Shown here in pieces: positions 22,801-37,400 of a DNA stretch of 64,000 nt. Source of the DNA: Phoronis australis (lineage: Eukaryota > Animalia > Phoronida); contig NMRA01000004.1 of the NCBI GenBank assembly GCA_002633005.1, forward strand, positions 1,121,793-1,185,792. The letters run 5' to 3'. The translations under genes and the position numbers were made by a program. Under the pieces are notes generated by a model, which saw only the letters and a program-made list of their open reading frames with translations, searched no databases and was not told the origin of the DNA. The stretch's first letter is position 1, and every line of letters starts with the position of its first letter.

Positions 22801-25800
22801 AATAGGTTTATATTTGGCTCCTTTCCCTTGTGGCTACACCTGCAGAAAAGCTGTTGATATTTGAATCCTTTGTCACAACACACATCCTCTAACACAAACC
22901 AAATCTCCATTGATGGATGACCAGCTGTGGTCACATTTATAGGATGATGGTATTATGAAAATGATTATTACTTGTCCATTGTGACTGAGACTACTGATTG
23001 AACAAGGAATAAGGTGCATATTAATGCTGTGCAATTGACAGGTCTTGCCATCAGTGGACCACTGTAGCTGTTGCAGTGCTCATCGCTTAACTAAACGCCA
23101 AGTCACATTTGGCTGGCTGGCAAAAATCCCATGTCCTGAGGTCACCAAAACTATCAAGCTCGGCTGCCCGTATGAAGTTTTGAGATTTCCCGTTTTCGTG
23201 TTTTCCCGTCCGGCGAAAGAGTTTGTCGATACAAAAGAAAAAATGTCTGAAAAGCTGTAAAGCCACCCATTCACTTGCACTCCTCCAATTTCCCCTGCAG
23301 ATGCCCAGTTACTAATTGTAGGTGTACATTCATGCATTCAATCTGTGACTACTGACGGCGAACAACATAGGATGCAGACGACCACATGGACAGGTGGTAT
23401 AAATTTCGCCAATCTTGTCCGATTTTTGCTGGACAATTCCGACTTCTGTCCGTTTACTTTCTGTTGTAACTTATCCGTGAATCTAAGGTTATAAATCTAG
23501 AAAAACTGTTAGTTATTTAAAATAATTGGAAGTCAACGTTAACTTTGGAACTAATTTAGAGGGAATTATTATCTTACTTCGATACTCGCAATGGCGACTT
23601 CGTGGTGACTTGAAATTTTTCCCTGCTCGCCAAACACAATCTAAGGTCGCATCGGTGACCTGCAAACAAGCGCTGTATTGTACTTTCTTTTATTACGTAG
23701 ACATTTTTCAAAGACACCTGATCCCTGTGTCGAACATTACTTATAAATATTGATTAAATATGACTGTTGAGAGACAATGAAGTTTGTCTCTGTGAGACAT
23801 GGTATCTTCTATTGGAACAAGCTTTTGTCACTGAGCCCTCAGCTTCGGCAGCTCTGAAAGGGTTTTGTGAGAACGTCTCCCACCTCATTCATGGGTGTAA
23901 AAAGTCCTTTACATTTTTGTTTAATTTATTTGGTGTAAATAAACAAAATGTTAAAATTTGGAGTTGGTGTACAATGCATCTTTATTAATTAAAGATAGTT
24001 GCTCAGGCATTTCAACTGACACATTTGTTCATTGTTGGTCAGTTTAAACATATTAGATGAGCAAAATAGGTCGATATAGCAGTAAAAAAAACACATTGTC
24101 ACCTAGCAGAAAAAAGAGGGACCAAAGCAGACCTCAATCTAAGGATTAGTTTTTGTCGACTTTCGTACCAGAGATAATCACTACATGTCGTGTTTGTGGT
24201 TTAATAAAGGGTGATGCAGCATTGTGTTATATCTAGTGCACTGCTGTGGAAGTCATGTCAAACAACCAAAATTTAATACGTTTGATACCATACATGATAT
24301 ATATTAATAATTATGTGTGCTGAAATGCTTGAAGTTGTTGCACAGAAAATGTAAGAAATGTCAACCGTGGAGCTTTTTAATACGTCCGACCAAAAACGAT
24401 GTTATTGTGATTACACTGTTCACTGCAATGTAAATGTACAAGTTGGTCTTCACTAAAATTTGTTAAAATCAAGAAAAAAGAATTTTAGTTCAAACAGCTT
24501 TACGAAAACACTTTCAACATGAAAATAAATGGTTTATATTTATTTACAGTTTACTGACTCTGTCCTCAGCAATTATTGTCCAGTTCCCTGGAAACACTAC
24601 GAAAAATACTCTGGCGCTTGTTTTGCATGCAAACACACTTTTATTGTCTGGCTTTCATGATATAATTTAAGATTGACATCTTGAGTAATTTGAGCTAAGC
24701 CTTTTGAACTGTACTTTTCGTCTCTCAGCCAACTGATACCCTCGGTAGATGTACAATCTTCATCTACCATGGGTATCAGAAATGTATTTCTCAGATTTTG
24801 AATGGCTAATGCTGTTGTTTACAGCGCCATCTGATGCTCAAAATATGTGACTGTTAAATCCATATAAACTTCATTTTTACAGAAAATATACTGCTTGAAA
24901 ACGTAAGAACTTCATAAATAATGAAGTAAAAATACTTTACTTAGTCATAGAAGAAAAAAGTAAATTGCCAGGTGAAAGTTCTCAGAAAATGTTCTACAGC
25001 TCAGGGCCCACTGACTAAAAGGACTTGTACATATGATTTTGAGATAGGAAACCCACACATTGAATGAAACATAAGTGAGAAAACAGTAGCAGCGTTTTTC
25101 AGATTTTATCTTGAACATTTATATCCAATGATTCTGTTGTTTTGCTATGAATGCGTCTCATTTTTTGCTAAACTTTACCAAAAAGACATTGTCACGTGAC
25201 CCACTTAATGACGGATTGGTACGAAGTTAAAATCATAGTCTACATAGTCTATAGGCTTTCTACTTTCAAGAAAACATGTAAAACTTTGTCTAATTAATTT
25301 CTGTAGTTTTTTAGATATACCACTAAATACACGTACTTGTCGATGATGATATAAGGCCCTGTGTAGTCTATACATACATTGTAACCTTATGCTAGGGTTT
25401 TGTGCAGCTGCTGTCCTGTTATAGATAGATAATAAAGCTGTGTGTGCCAAGATGCTGCCTTTGGTTAGCAGGTGCTTACAACAGTAGTGCACAGCCTGTG
25501 GCAGCAATTTGTTTAGGGTTTGTGTAAAGTTAAGAAATATCTAAGATGAGCCCTGTAAACATGATTATTCTGTAAATCATTTATTGGAACATTAAAAATT
25601 CGATGATTTTTTGCACTGAATTTATCTTCCTAAAGTAAGGGCTTATGGGTGTACTTTTTAGACAAATTGAACTTAAGTTCACCTGTGTAGTCATCGTGGT
25701 GAAAACAACAGAGACCTCACAGTTCTTTGTTCTTGATTGATTACAGTGGGTGCTATAAATGTTACACTAGTGACAGGTAGAGACCATACTTGAAAACAAA

Positions 25801-26659
25801 CAAATTGACTTCCAAGCTCTAAAAGCCTGTCGAGAACTTTTGGTGTATTGTTAAAGTAAAAAGATGGTGTGAATATTTGTTATTTTTTATTTTGAAGAGA
25901 ATAATTTGCATTAAGGTAACATTATGAAAATTTCACAGCTTGCAAGTGGCAGGAGTAAACATGACTAGACCTAATTAATGAGACCCCATTTTACACACCA
26001 ATGCTGAAAGCACATTTGTTGTTTCAACACCAGCTGTTTATACCATTACACCTGCCAAATGCTGATAGATTGCTGTATTGTGACAATGTATCATTTTATG
26101 ACAGATTAACTGTATTTTAATCTAATTGGGAAGAAATTGAGTTTGTACTAGGTTGAGAAAGGAGTAAACATTATCAGGTGGTGCTGTTTTCTAAAACATT
26201 TTGAAAGTTTAGGCTGTTGTCTGTGAGATGGCAATTGTGACTGTCTACGTCACTAACAGTGAATGAGATGTGTAGGTGTTTTAGTCATTTCAACTGATTT
26301 GTACTTAAATAGTGTATCACAAGAGCTGTAAAATTTAGGTCAAGTGCTCTTGGTTTCTAGGTACAAAATGTTTTTCACCTTTGTGTTGAAGTAGTGGTTT
26401 TGTTCAACTCCGTTTGGACTGGAGTCTTTTCAAAAATTGGTCTCGGACAACTGCTCATGTGCAGTCTTTGAGAAAATGACACAATTCTGCGTTGCCTTTT
26501 AGTTGACTATCTAGGCAAAGTGCTTGGGAGCCCATTTTGTGGTTAGCAAGAAAGGTACTTATACAACCGCAAGTAATAACTCTAGAGAGATCTGGTATTT
26601 TACCTGTAATGCTTGGTTGGTATTCGAAGATATGCGCGATCTCACCCGACTAAAGAAAT

Positions 26660-26770
26660 GTTCTTGTGGATCTGTCCTTATGGGTCGTTCCTTGTAGTTC
26701 GTTCCTTGTGGATCTAATATTGCGGATCGTTCCTTGTGGATCATTCCTTGCGGATTGTTCCTTGAAGATC
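26660..26770. repeat. Degenerate 14-bp minisatellite (gttccttgtggatc) x~8
   Basis: Read directly. Confidence 0.9.
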
Positions 26771-29700
26771 GCCGCAGCTACACCATGGCTGTAGTGCGTC
26801 ATTTCATTGAAATGTGCTGTCTTTGCTGTTAAATGTGTCGACTAGTCACTTGTTAGGAGTCCTGTATTTTAACAACCAGTTCATGCCTATTGTTCAGTGG
26901 TGAAAAATTGTGTCTCAAAATCGTGGACCCCTCCCTACACGTGACTGTTGCCATGAGTGTGCAGTGTAGGGACAGAGGGACTGATGCTGGATTACGTGTG
27001 GGTGTTCCTGCTTTAAATAAGATTTTGTTCGTAATAAAACAATGTTCTGTGCTGGAGTCATTCTTTCACAAAACCTATGATGGGTCAACCGTGACATTTT
27101 TGGTGCACACAGTCATCATGTTACATGGTGCACAGATAATTGTAGAAATTCTTATGTGGTAAATAAAAGTTTTAAAATTCCAGCTGATCACATCCTTACA
27201 GAATTGTGTATAATCCATAACAAGGTATGATCTTGTTCCTTGCTACAATGAGAAGTGATTTTTGATCGTGCAACAAAGTGTTTCTCAATATTTAGTACCC
27301 AAAACCTTCCCATGTCTGTGAAAAGTATAACATGATTTCTGGATGTCTCTCAAAGTTGTTGAATGTTTTGTCTTGCTGACTCTCCAACTATCTAACTGAA
27401 ATGCAGTGTTCAACATGGCAGGGAAAGTCTGAATCATCCCCCAATCTAGCATCACCCCATGTGTGGTGTATTAGAATGTAGTTGTCTATGTAACATTGGC
27501 CGCTGATGGTCTTGGACTAATATTAGTTATGGGTAGCAGCTGATGACTGTTGGCATGTATGCCTGTCACACTGAATGGTTCAGCTCTGCAGGAACAACTT
27601 GAGTGTGCTGAAGTGGACAAGTTTATAAACATTTCAGCCTGTGATGTGCTCTGATACACAGTGAGGCACTCCCCTTGCCATCTCATTTTCTTTGATGGCT
27701 TGCCTGCTGGAGTCTTGTACCATGGCTGTTTCTGGGGTTAATTAACACATGCAATCAGATTGACGCCAGGCTTGATGCCCTCTGCTGGTCTCTACTGTTG
27801 TATGAACTAACTGGTGATTCTAGGTGTTCAAATAAATCTCCCCTGTCTGAATTCCTTGAGTGATTACCTGGAAATGAAGTCAGCGTGGTGCCCTAGACTG
27901 AACAGTGAAATAGGTCTGAGCTATAGTAAGCAAGCTTATATCACAGCTGTGTTGAAATTTGTCCTCTAGAACTTCTATTCCAAATTTCAGCGGTGCTTAA
28001 AAATTTAATTACAGACTAAATATTTTGGCAGGTGACGACTTAAAATATGTGTAAGATATCCTTTAGATCCAGCTTTAGTTTATCATTTTGCTGGTAATGA
28101 CCAAATTCTATACTAGTAACAAAAAGTATTGGAAAATGAAAGACCTGATTTTTACATGCGTCAGTAACTCCTTTGAAGCCCACTGAAAGAGTAGCAGTGC
28201 TGGTGAATCACAGACAAAGTTCATGTGACACTTAACTGGAAGTTCCATTTGTTATTTTTGCTGATTACCATCTCATTAACATGTTGTTTAAATTAAGCCA
28301 CCAGTGAACTCAGTGGCATGTTCACCTTTTCAACTGTTTATTTGCTGTTGTCATTTGTAAGGAGTAGGTGAAGTTCGCTGCCTCACTGGTGTTATAAGAG
28401 AGTAAGGCTTGTCTAAATGTTAAGAGCTTGTGAAGTCTAAACATACCCTTCCAATGGTAAATTACATCTAATTACCTTTGTACCCAAGATAAGAACAGCA
28501 TAAATCAGGCCAGGGATGACCTTTCCCTGGGAATGTTCAGAGGACTGGCTTGCATAATACTCTGTTGCACTTTGTCTGGCTCCTCTGGGTAATAGGCTGT
28601 TTTGTGACAGCTGAGGCCTAGACAGAATTTTAAGTTTTGTCCACAATTACTTGTTGTGACTGTTTCTGAGAACACTCACTGTCTTTTAATTGGTTTTGTT
28701 CACCTTGAAATTCTTATTTGCTTTTTCTTTATTGTGTTTGTTCCCTTATCTTGTCCATTCAATGATCATTCAAACTAATTTACTAGCCTTGAAAATTGTA
28801 CATTTATTTAATTTTGAATATTTCTGTTGTGAACTGATGTAATAAGCTTGATTTAGGAAGCTTGCAATGAGCCTACCATGTGGGTTCTTGATATTTGTGT
28901 TCATAATACCATTGATTTCAGTCATCGATTTTTCTCAGTTAGCTGTTTCTGTGTAAATGTTATGACTCTGTCCCCTTTTTACCGTGGAGATCAAATTTGC
29001 TAAAGCCCTTGGTTTGGATTTTGAGTGGCACATGGATTAACTCCAGACTTACAGTCTTTTCATTCACACTGCTTGTGAACCTAAATACTTACAGCAATAT
29101 AATTTCTCAGTTGTTTACGTAATTACTGGCTAATGAAGTTACACCCTGTGGTCTTGCTTTATATCATGTCCTAATGCTAGAAACTAGTGTTTTGAATTCA
29201 ACCATTTGTTAGTATTAAGTCTGTTTATTGCTTCACTGAATTATTGAAGCTGCATTTTCCCCAGTTTAGCTGGCTTAAAAGACAAAATCTAATTGAGCCT
29301 TGCATTATACTTTCCTTAAAGTCCTCCTAGCACACGTTTTTAACCCTTACTGAATGCTTTTTAGCCTGTTAAACAGGGCAAGATGCCGCTTTCATCCTTT
29401 TCTTTTAGTTAGGGGAACTTGTGCACAATTTTAACATCCGTAAAGTATTTGTTACTGAGAAATGCTAATTAATTTTGTTCATACTGAAGTAGTTTCATGC
29501 GAGTTCCATTATACAGAGGGTGGAAACCAACTCATACTGCACATCTCAAAACTTGCCACACAATAAACCTTACCTTACATTGGAAATTGAACTGCAACCA
29601 TGTAAGTAGTATGGCAAAGCTTTTTCATTTTATAGCCACAATATTGCAGAATGGTACAATTTTATTTTATCAAAATTTTCAAAAACAGTAAAATAGGCAC

Positions 29701-31259
29701 GTGCCTGTGATGAAGAGCGTGCCACTCGAAACGTGGGAGATATTTTGATAGAATTTAATGCTGATGTTCAGCTTTTGACTTAATGCTGTTTTACTCTTCT
29801 TAACCATAAGTAACTGCATGGCATTCTAACACCTATTTCATTTATTCTAGAAGAGTAAACTAGAAAACAATTTTACTCGATTGTTTGAAAACTTTATGTA
29901 TAGTATGATTCTTTTCAACAAATACGATGAAATTTTAAAAACAAACCTTGTTCGGATATCAGGACACTTTACTACAGGACAACTTTTAATGCATCTTAGC
30001 ATGGGATGAAGGCACAAGTTACAAGTTGGAAGATAACGTTATTTAACCTGGCTCTACCTTTGGAACTGAATTATGCCCCCTGATTTCATAATCCCCTCAT
30101 TGCAGAACAAGTCACGTTTTTGGCCTTTGTTCTGTGTGTCTTTCCCCTTATAGCATCATATGGTTGGTGCCGACATTTGGTCTTAAGTTTGTAGTTTTTT
30201 CATTTTACACAGTAAAAAGGGGAATTGAACTAATTTTTTGCGAGTTTTTGCAAGGCTAATTTTAATTGACAATTCAGCACTGAATGTTTCTATCAATATA
30301 CAATTGACAAATATGATGTCAGTAATCCAATGTTTACTTGATGGAGCATGAAATTTCTTCAACATCTGTGCTGACATATGGTTATCGCGACTAATGACTT
30401 TGTGTTGATTAAAAACCTCATCTGTAACTGTGTACATTGCTGACTGCTGTATGTACGGCAGATTTTCGAAAGAGCCTCCATCAAGATAAAGCTCCCGTGT
30501 TGGGGTCGTTCGGGATCGTTAAGTACGTGCAGTGCATGTAGAAATTTTGGGGAAGATTTTTATATTTCTAAATAATAATCTTTGAAATACTTGTTAAAAT
30601 ATTTCAAGTTAATCACTTACCAACAGAAGTGTAGTCAAACTTCTTTTATAGAAGGCTAGCCGCCAACTAAGTGAAAGCGTCCTCTAACCTACTTTATTTA
30701 CAAAATGCTCCCCCCCTCCCTAATTTTTCCCATAGAACACAACCACCAAGGGCTCTTTCCGAAGTCACATTTGGTATAATGAATGTTTTGGTAGATAAAT
30801 CTAGAATTGATGCACTAAATGGATTTGTTTTTTGTTTATTAGCGTAATGTCACATAAAAAGCAGAAATAGCGTAGGTGCTTACTTGTACGGACTGTCTGT
30901 ATGTTGTATGGATTTTTGACAAAGTGGAGGTACGGAAGACCTGGTTTTTTTCTGCGAAGTTGTGCTTGTATTTCTCAAAAAGTTCCTTTTCGAATTGAAA
31001 ACTTTATTTTTAGGAGGAATTATTAAATTAATCGTAATTGGTGTTTTTAAAGTCAAAAATGACCTATTGATAGTGAACACTTCCGCACCCTAACACCCCT
31101 GAATCTCCGGAAAAATATCTGTTTGACTGTCACGCATCCAGTCACCCGGCGACCAATGACATCGGTCTTACCAAGACAGTCTCGAACGTTTTTCAGCTGA
31201 TGAGATCAACAAGTGCTAAACAAAACATGTTCTGCTTTACTGCTTGTGTTAATTTCTTT

Positions 31260-31876
31260 AGTTACTATGCACACCTATATCGTTACATTGCGTTTACTCT
31301 GACAAATGAACTCTGATGACACGCACACGCTTGCTCACTCACACGCAGATGAAATTCAAAACATATATTACATGACAGCAACGTGTGTTCGTCCAGAGAT
31401 TTTTCTTGTGTTGCGGAGTATGATCTAGCGCAGATTTGGACTTAATATGCAGTTAATCCCGACTCCACGGGACTCCACAGGAACATAAAAATCTTACGGA
31501 TGCTATTTTGAAAACTTTATGAGGACTTCAGGTAATTTGTTGTGTCAAAACTATATTTTGACTCAAGAATTCAAGTTGACCTATCAACGATCGCAAGGCA
31601 GCGATGCATCACTCAGCAAGTTTTCGCACTGGGATTTTCTAAAAAATGATTGTAATTAAACAACAAAGTTTGGTATCAATGCACTGCAATTTTGTAGAAA
31701 CTCTGTCATAGGTTACAGATGCGTCACAGACCTTAAATTTTATGAATTCTTACTCACCATTTCACCTGTTTCTGAGACCGGGTTTCAACCACTTAGAAAT
31801 ATAATAAGCGCCTTCCCCCCTTCCGGAATCGAATTTTTTTTAAGCGCCCTAGGCCTTTACTTGGGCGAATACGGTA
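31260..31876 (+). mobile_element. Partial pogo-like non-autonomous element, inverted homolog of 39376-39950
   Basis: Ends in taagcgccc...gggcgaatacgg|TA. About 550 bp align in reverse complement to ~39420-39920 (e.g. actcaagaattcaagttg / caacttgaattcttgagt). Left boundary uncertain. Confidence 0.8.
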
Positions 31877-32024
31877 ATGCAACTAAATCCTTCATTTTTG
31901 CGTCACAATGGTTTGTTTCCAACGTGCTTTGTTACTGGGTGGATAAGGTAATGATCAGAAAGCCCATTGCTACTGATTGGCGACGGTCTGTGCCATTACA
32001 TAGCTTGGGCTGCCTGTGCCCTGC

Positions 32025-32426
32025 TGCATGAAACAGTCCCAAATAGGGACTCAACTAAGTTCCCGAAATCTACTGCGTATTTTTGGACTTGTGAAAGCAT
32101 CGATTGCCCTTTCTTGTATTGTTTTAGTTTTAAGTCAACTTTTGACTTTGATACTAATCGAGAGTGAACTCTACCTTAAATTGTCAATATTGTCGAAAAT
32201 AAATAAGGATCTTTTCATGCAACACCCCCAATAATTTAAGGGCTAAGTCCTTATTTATTTTCAATAAACTCTGGGCTCAGTTTTTGGTTACGTATATTAT
32301 TAGAAAATCTCATTAGTCAAAGAGGAGCTCATAATAAAGATGAAATGATCTAAGTCCATAAAGATGAAAATAGGCAAAAATACTTAGTGACCTTAGTTGA
32401 GTCCCTATTTGGGACTGTTTCATGCA
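32025..32426. mobile_element. ~400-bp MITE, family A, copy 2
   Basis: Perfect long TIR tgcatgaaacagtcccaaatagggactcaactaag / cttagttgagtccctatttgggactgtttcatgca. Homologous to 4489-4886. Confidence 0.92.
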
Positions 32427-33989
32427 ACCAGCCACTGATGTCCAGCACAGCTGAATTCTTGTTGATCGAGGATAGTATTTTATCTGATGAAAAATGTAGA
32501 AAATAAATGTGAAACTAAAAGAGGCGATACTATTGTTTGACGAAATGTAGAATATATATATAAGTAATTAAAACAACAATAATGGATCAACTGAAATTTT
32601 CGGATATAATAACATCCTTTGTAAACAGAAACAGGAACAAATATGAAGAGATTTTTTGATGTGAGCGAGCGAATATCTGGAAAAAATGTTTTTATCAACA
32701 GATACGTCTAGGAATGACTGGGACGAAACACAATTTCTCTTCATTCCCGGACATCTTGAGATGTTGGACATTTTATATGCAAATCGTTTGAATATCACAC
32801 CGAAAATTTGATGGCATGATGATTGGATAAAGTTTATAAAAACACAGGAAAATGTCCCTTTGCATAAAATCTATATAATGCTGTCTACCAACTAATCTAT
32901 AGCCTCTAGCAATGAGGTGGAGTTCACCATGTCTCTTTAAAGCAGCTATATAATAACAGACAGTGGCTATTGTTTAGATGCTGTCTGTATTTTTTGCAAA
33001 GTTCAGGCTAACAGGAAGTGCCAGATTATCCAAATGCACTTCAGCGGTCATGTTTAAAGTTTTTTGGTGAAATTCTAATTACTTCTGCTTGACAAATAAT
33101 GAAGTAAAAATTGGACCAATCCTTTGTTGTTTTGGTATTGTCTTAAATTGCCCATTTTATACAGATGATATGTGTTTTGTATTTCCGTCTCAGGGCTCTA
33201 GGTCGGGGCTTGTTTCAAATTTTGGAAATAGGCAATATTGGCTGTCTTGAATTTAAGAGTTGCGGTCAACAACAACCAGCATTCTCCTCAGTGTTGCACA
33301 CTATAGGGATGCATGAAAACGTTGTGACACCTATTTTTGTGCATTTTATGAACTGCCAAGTCAATTATTGGCTGATTCTGTTAATTAAAGCAGCAGTATA
33401 TGCAATTTGAAAAGTATGATGAACACCAAAATCGCCCATCTGCCGATCTTCGGAATTAAGAAAATTTAAAGCCGGCTTACCAAATTGAAGAATTTTTCCA
33501 GGAGCGAAACTTTGTTATGCAGTAGATTAGTACCAAAGCCTTTAACTTGATTAAAAACCGTAAATTTTTCTCATCATGTTATTGCAAACGATGACACCTT
33601 TTGTTTAAAAATGTCAGAAGCATTTCACTTGTTTTGCACTCCATTAGCAAAGTTTTATTTATGAAGGGCACATTATCTTATCAATTGCTGTGAATCCAGT
33701 GATAAAATCCCAAGATTTTAGGACTACAAGTTTTAATGTAAATCCTGCAAACATTTCCATGATGATAATGGTTGGTCTTTGCCCTTGGTTTTGTACACAA
33801 CCTAAGGTTATGGATACATTTGTTTTGAGAAAGTCACTGGTTTGACCTGCTTGAAAATCAAAACTTGTTTTGGAAACAGGACCATCAACTGAGTGGGAGC
33901 TTATTGGCCTTTTAATGTAGGAATAAAAATGGTGCGCTAACATTCTTTGGTGTCCTCAAGAATAAAGAGCCTTTCATACTAACACTGAC

Positions 33990-34420
33990 ACGTCAATGTT
34001 TTGGTTTCGGGAGTTGCAGTCAGTATGAGCGCTTAACTTTGGTCCTGAATCGAAGTTGAACAGCGCCAGTTAACTTTGCACTAAACAGGTGGATTTAAGA
34101 GTAGCGTCGACGCTGCGGTGCTGTATGAACGGTCAATTTCGGTCCTAATGAAGTTATCGCCAAGTGCCACTGTTATCGTCAACAATTACAGGGTAGTGCC
34201 GTAGCTAATAATCACCAATTGATTTAAAAATAAGTTTTATGTCAATTAGCTCATGTAAATGTTCCTAAACTGACATTGACAGCGCTACCTTGCGATTACT
34301 TTGATGACGCCAGCATTACCTACCATTTACTTCGATGTTCATTAACTACTGAAGCCAGTATGAACGGTCCAGTTAACTTCACTGTTTACTTTGACGCTCC
34401 GCTCAGACTGGAGTTAAGTC
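33990..34420. repeat. Dispersed repeat, related to 63780-64000
   Basis: Shared ordered blocks aggtggatttaa, agcgtc.acg, aagttatcg.ca.gtg.cactg and gtcaaca. Confidence 0.55.
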
Positions 34421-37400
34421 AATCTGAAAGGGCCTTTAGACCCAATGGGAAAGAAGGTGGTTTATAGACCATTCTAAATTAAGATGAGTCAGCAAACTAA
34501 AGTTGTTTGTATTACGTAAGTGCAGTGAGAAAGATTCATCTAACTATTTTCTCAACTGTTTTCTCAAATTGCTTGATCCAGCTGCCCATGGTTAAATTTC
34601 TGAACGTCGCAGTTGTAATCGAAGCAAAAGTTATAGCCAACAACATATTTTTCAAATATTCACCATTCTACCACTAGAAGCACTTCAATTTATTATCCCT
34701 CCGTATATCCGATACTTGGAATTTAAGAAATACTCCTGCATAACGTTTTTGTAGCACCATATTGCAATAAAATCGATAAGTTGTGCATCAAACTGATATC
34801 TTCAATTTCTGCTATTAACCAAAGCTGCCCTAAAATGTTCTGTTAACTTTGTAGTTTACACTGATGTGCCTCTGGTATCCAAATCAAAAGTCGGTCTGAA
34901 AAGGCCTTATCACAAGTTGTACCACAGTTGGTACAAGTCGTAGATAGTCTCACAAGTGAAGAGCTAGGAACAAAACAGGTGTAAAGGTATACGCTTATCA
35001 ATCTCACCTTGTTGAATGTCTGGCTTTTGACCCTTGATTATTGAATCTATTTTAATATTGAATTACTTTTAATGTGTCATTCATCATGAGTGTGCCCCAT
35101 AGGGTTTTGTTCATCTGTTGTAAAACTTTCCGATGTTGTGCAGTCGCACTTGTTTTTAAAAGTTCTGCACTCAATAGATGTGCGGGCATATATTTCAATG
35201 TTCATCCGTTTGCAGCCAGCTATGTCATCTCTTGTCAAGTGTTCAGGATTTCAATTTGTGTCTTTTCAATGGTTTCTGCCAATATCTATTTTTTTAATTC
35301 AAGTGGCATGTAAGCATGTTTACAAGCTCAACCTTAATGTCTGGAGTTCAGAGGACAATTTATTACCATTCTTCTTTCTTCGGCATTCCTTTGTTTTTTG
35401 TTAGCCAACTTCTGTTTATGTTTCCTGGGGTATCATTCATGCTTCAGAACTCGTTTCTGCCTATTCAAATTTATTATTATGGTCCGAATTCCTATAAAAG
35501 ATTATTGACGGCAAATTTGGCATGGCAAACTTGGTAGACTGGGTATTAATGTTTTAATTTAGTGGAAATCACTTGAACAGTGCTGGTTAGCATCATTTCT
35601 CGAATAACTGTCAAACAATTTATAAATTGTCCTTGTTTTTTTCCTGCTGTCTAACTTGGGAGAGCTTAGACGCTGTCTCAGTTCCAACCCTCAGTGATCA
35701 ATATTCTTGTGGATACCTAGGAATTGAAAGGACTGGCTAAAGTGTGACCTTAAAATCGCTTCGTTTCCATTCTCGGCCCCCACTACTAAATCGGAATAGG
35801 GTTTGACTGCCGAAATCAGGTGCAACAGGAAGTGTGAGTGGTCAGTGAGTAGGCATTTCCTGTAGTGACATCAAAGCTAGTGTATTGTTAACATGCATAT
35901 TTGTGTTTTTATTAAGGTGAAATCAAGTGGTATTTTCTTTTTTTTTTGAAATGTGACCGAAGTTTGAGGTGCATTGTCTGCAAATGAATATACTGTAGAG
36001 ATGTTGGGGGCTTGGAAATGTGGTATTCATAAGATCACCAGGATTAATAAAAATACTCAAAGTAGTTTATTTTTAGAAAATGTCGATTAAGTCAAAAATT
36101 TATTTCACTATTTCCTTTATATCAAAAGGGAAGCCACAATTTGAAAGTTCAAAATCGAACCGGTGAACGCTCATAAGGACATAGCCACCTATTAGGGCAA
36201 ATATGGTAATGGGACTCAATATTTCAGTGGTTAGTTGTGTTATGGTAAACAGAAGAGCACAATGTGTTGAGTGTATTGGGTTTTGTGGTCTGCATGCTTT
36301 CCTGGTTGTATCTTTCAACACACATCCCACATGTGTAATGGCTGAACTCCTTCACAACTGAAAATACCTTAGAATAGATGTTATGCACCTCTGTTTGACT
36401 TATGACTTTCAAAATTCAATTTTTATACAGATTTAAGTTTTTAGACTGAAATGTGTTTTCCAAAAAGTAGCTTAATGTTGGAATTAAAGTTGCTAGACCT
36501 GAGTTAGGCGATGAGATAAATAAATCATCTTGTCTCACATGTTTCATGTGGCATTTCTCATTTAAACATATTCCTAATTTCTCATTAACACAGTTCTCTT
36601 CTTAAAAGCCCTAATTCTATTCTCATCAACCGCGTTTTTCATTTTGTTATGACGATTTCAGGCTGACTTCCTCCTATGGGTAGAGGGCGCTTCATTCATG
36701 TACAAAACCGGGATTGGCACATCGAAACATACCATGACCTTTGATTCAGGTTTGAAAACCCTCAAAGTCATGTGTCTGCATTTCTAAGAATAACCACAAA
36801 AAAATAATCTGTGTCCACAGAAAACGTGGACTATCAGATCAAATGCTAGTGACTAGTCACATATTTGTGGAAAAATTGAAATTTTGTGGAAACTTGCATC
36901 ATCTTGTCCAGTTTCACTTCTGACCAATTTAAAATCAGTCGAAAATAGTAAAAGCAAGTTTGGCACAGGTTCCAAACACTTAATCTATTCAGCCTTTACT
37001 ATTTTTGTTTTTTACACTTTCACGTGTTTTTGAAATGACAATCTCCGCTAATCAATGCCTGTACTTCAGCCAGTTTTCCGTTAGACCTTTAGTTTCACTG
37101 GGAGTAAGTTGCATTCAGTGATATTTTGGTTCAATTCAAATAAGCTACTAAGTTGTATGATTAATTTTTGTCTGCTCTCTCAGCTTGTGGTATAACTTGT
37201 TAGAAACAGTATCATATTTAGACCATGTGTGAGGAATTAACCTTTGTTTCACCCGGTAAATCTTGAGATGTTTTTCATTTACAGGAATACCACCATTGGC
37301 TGACCTATTACTTCTATGTTAAATACTATGCGCTGGTATTTGAAATAATGTGTTTTTTAAATTGCTCAAATGTTTTGCGTATTGGCGCTTGTACCTCAGG

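Noticed and set aside
27938-27960. tatcacagc matching the miR-2 family seed
   Set aside because: The rest does not match miR-2/13 as I recall them, and no complementary arm is visible.
29695-29740. Hammerhead-ribozyme-like string gtgatgaagagcgtgccactcgaaacgtg
   Set aside because: The core is GUGAUGA rather than CUGAUGA, the cleavage triplet would end in G, and no stem I is evident. At most a dead Penelope-type remnant.
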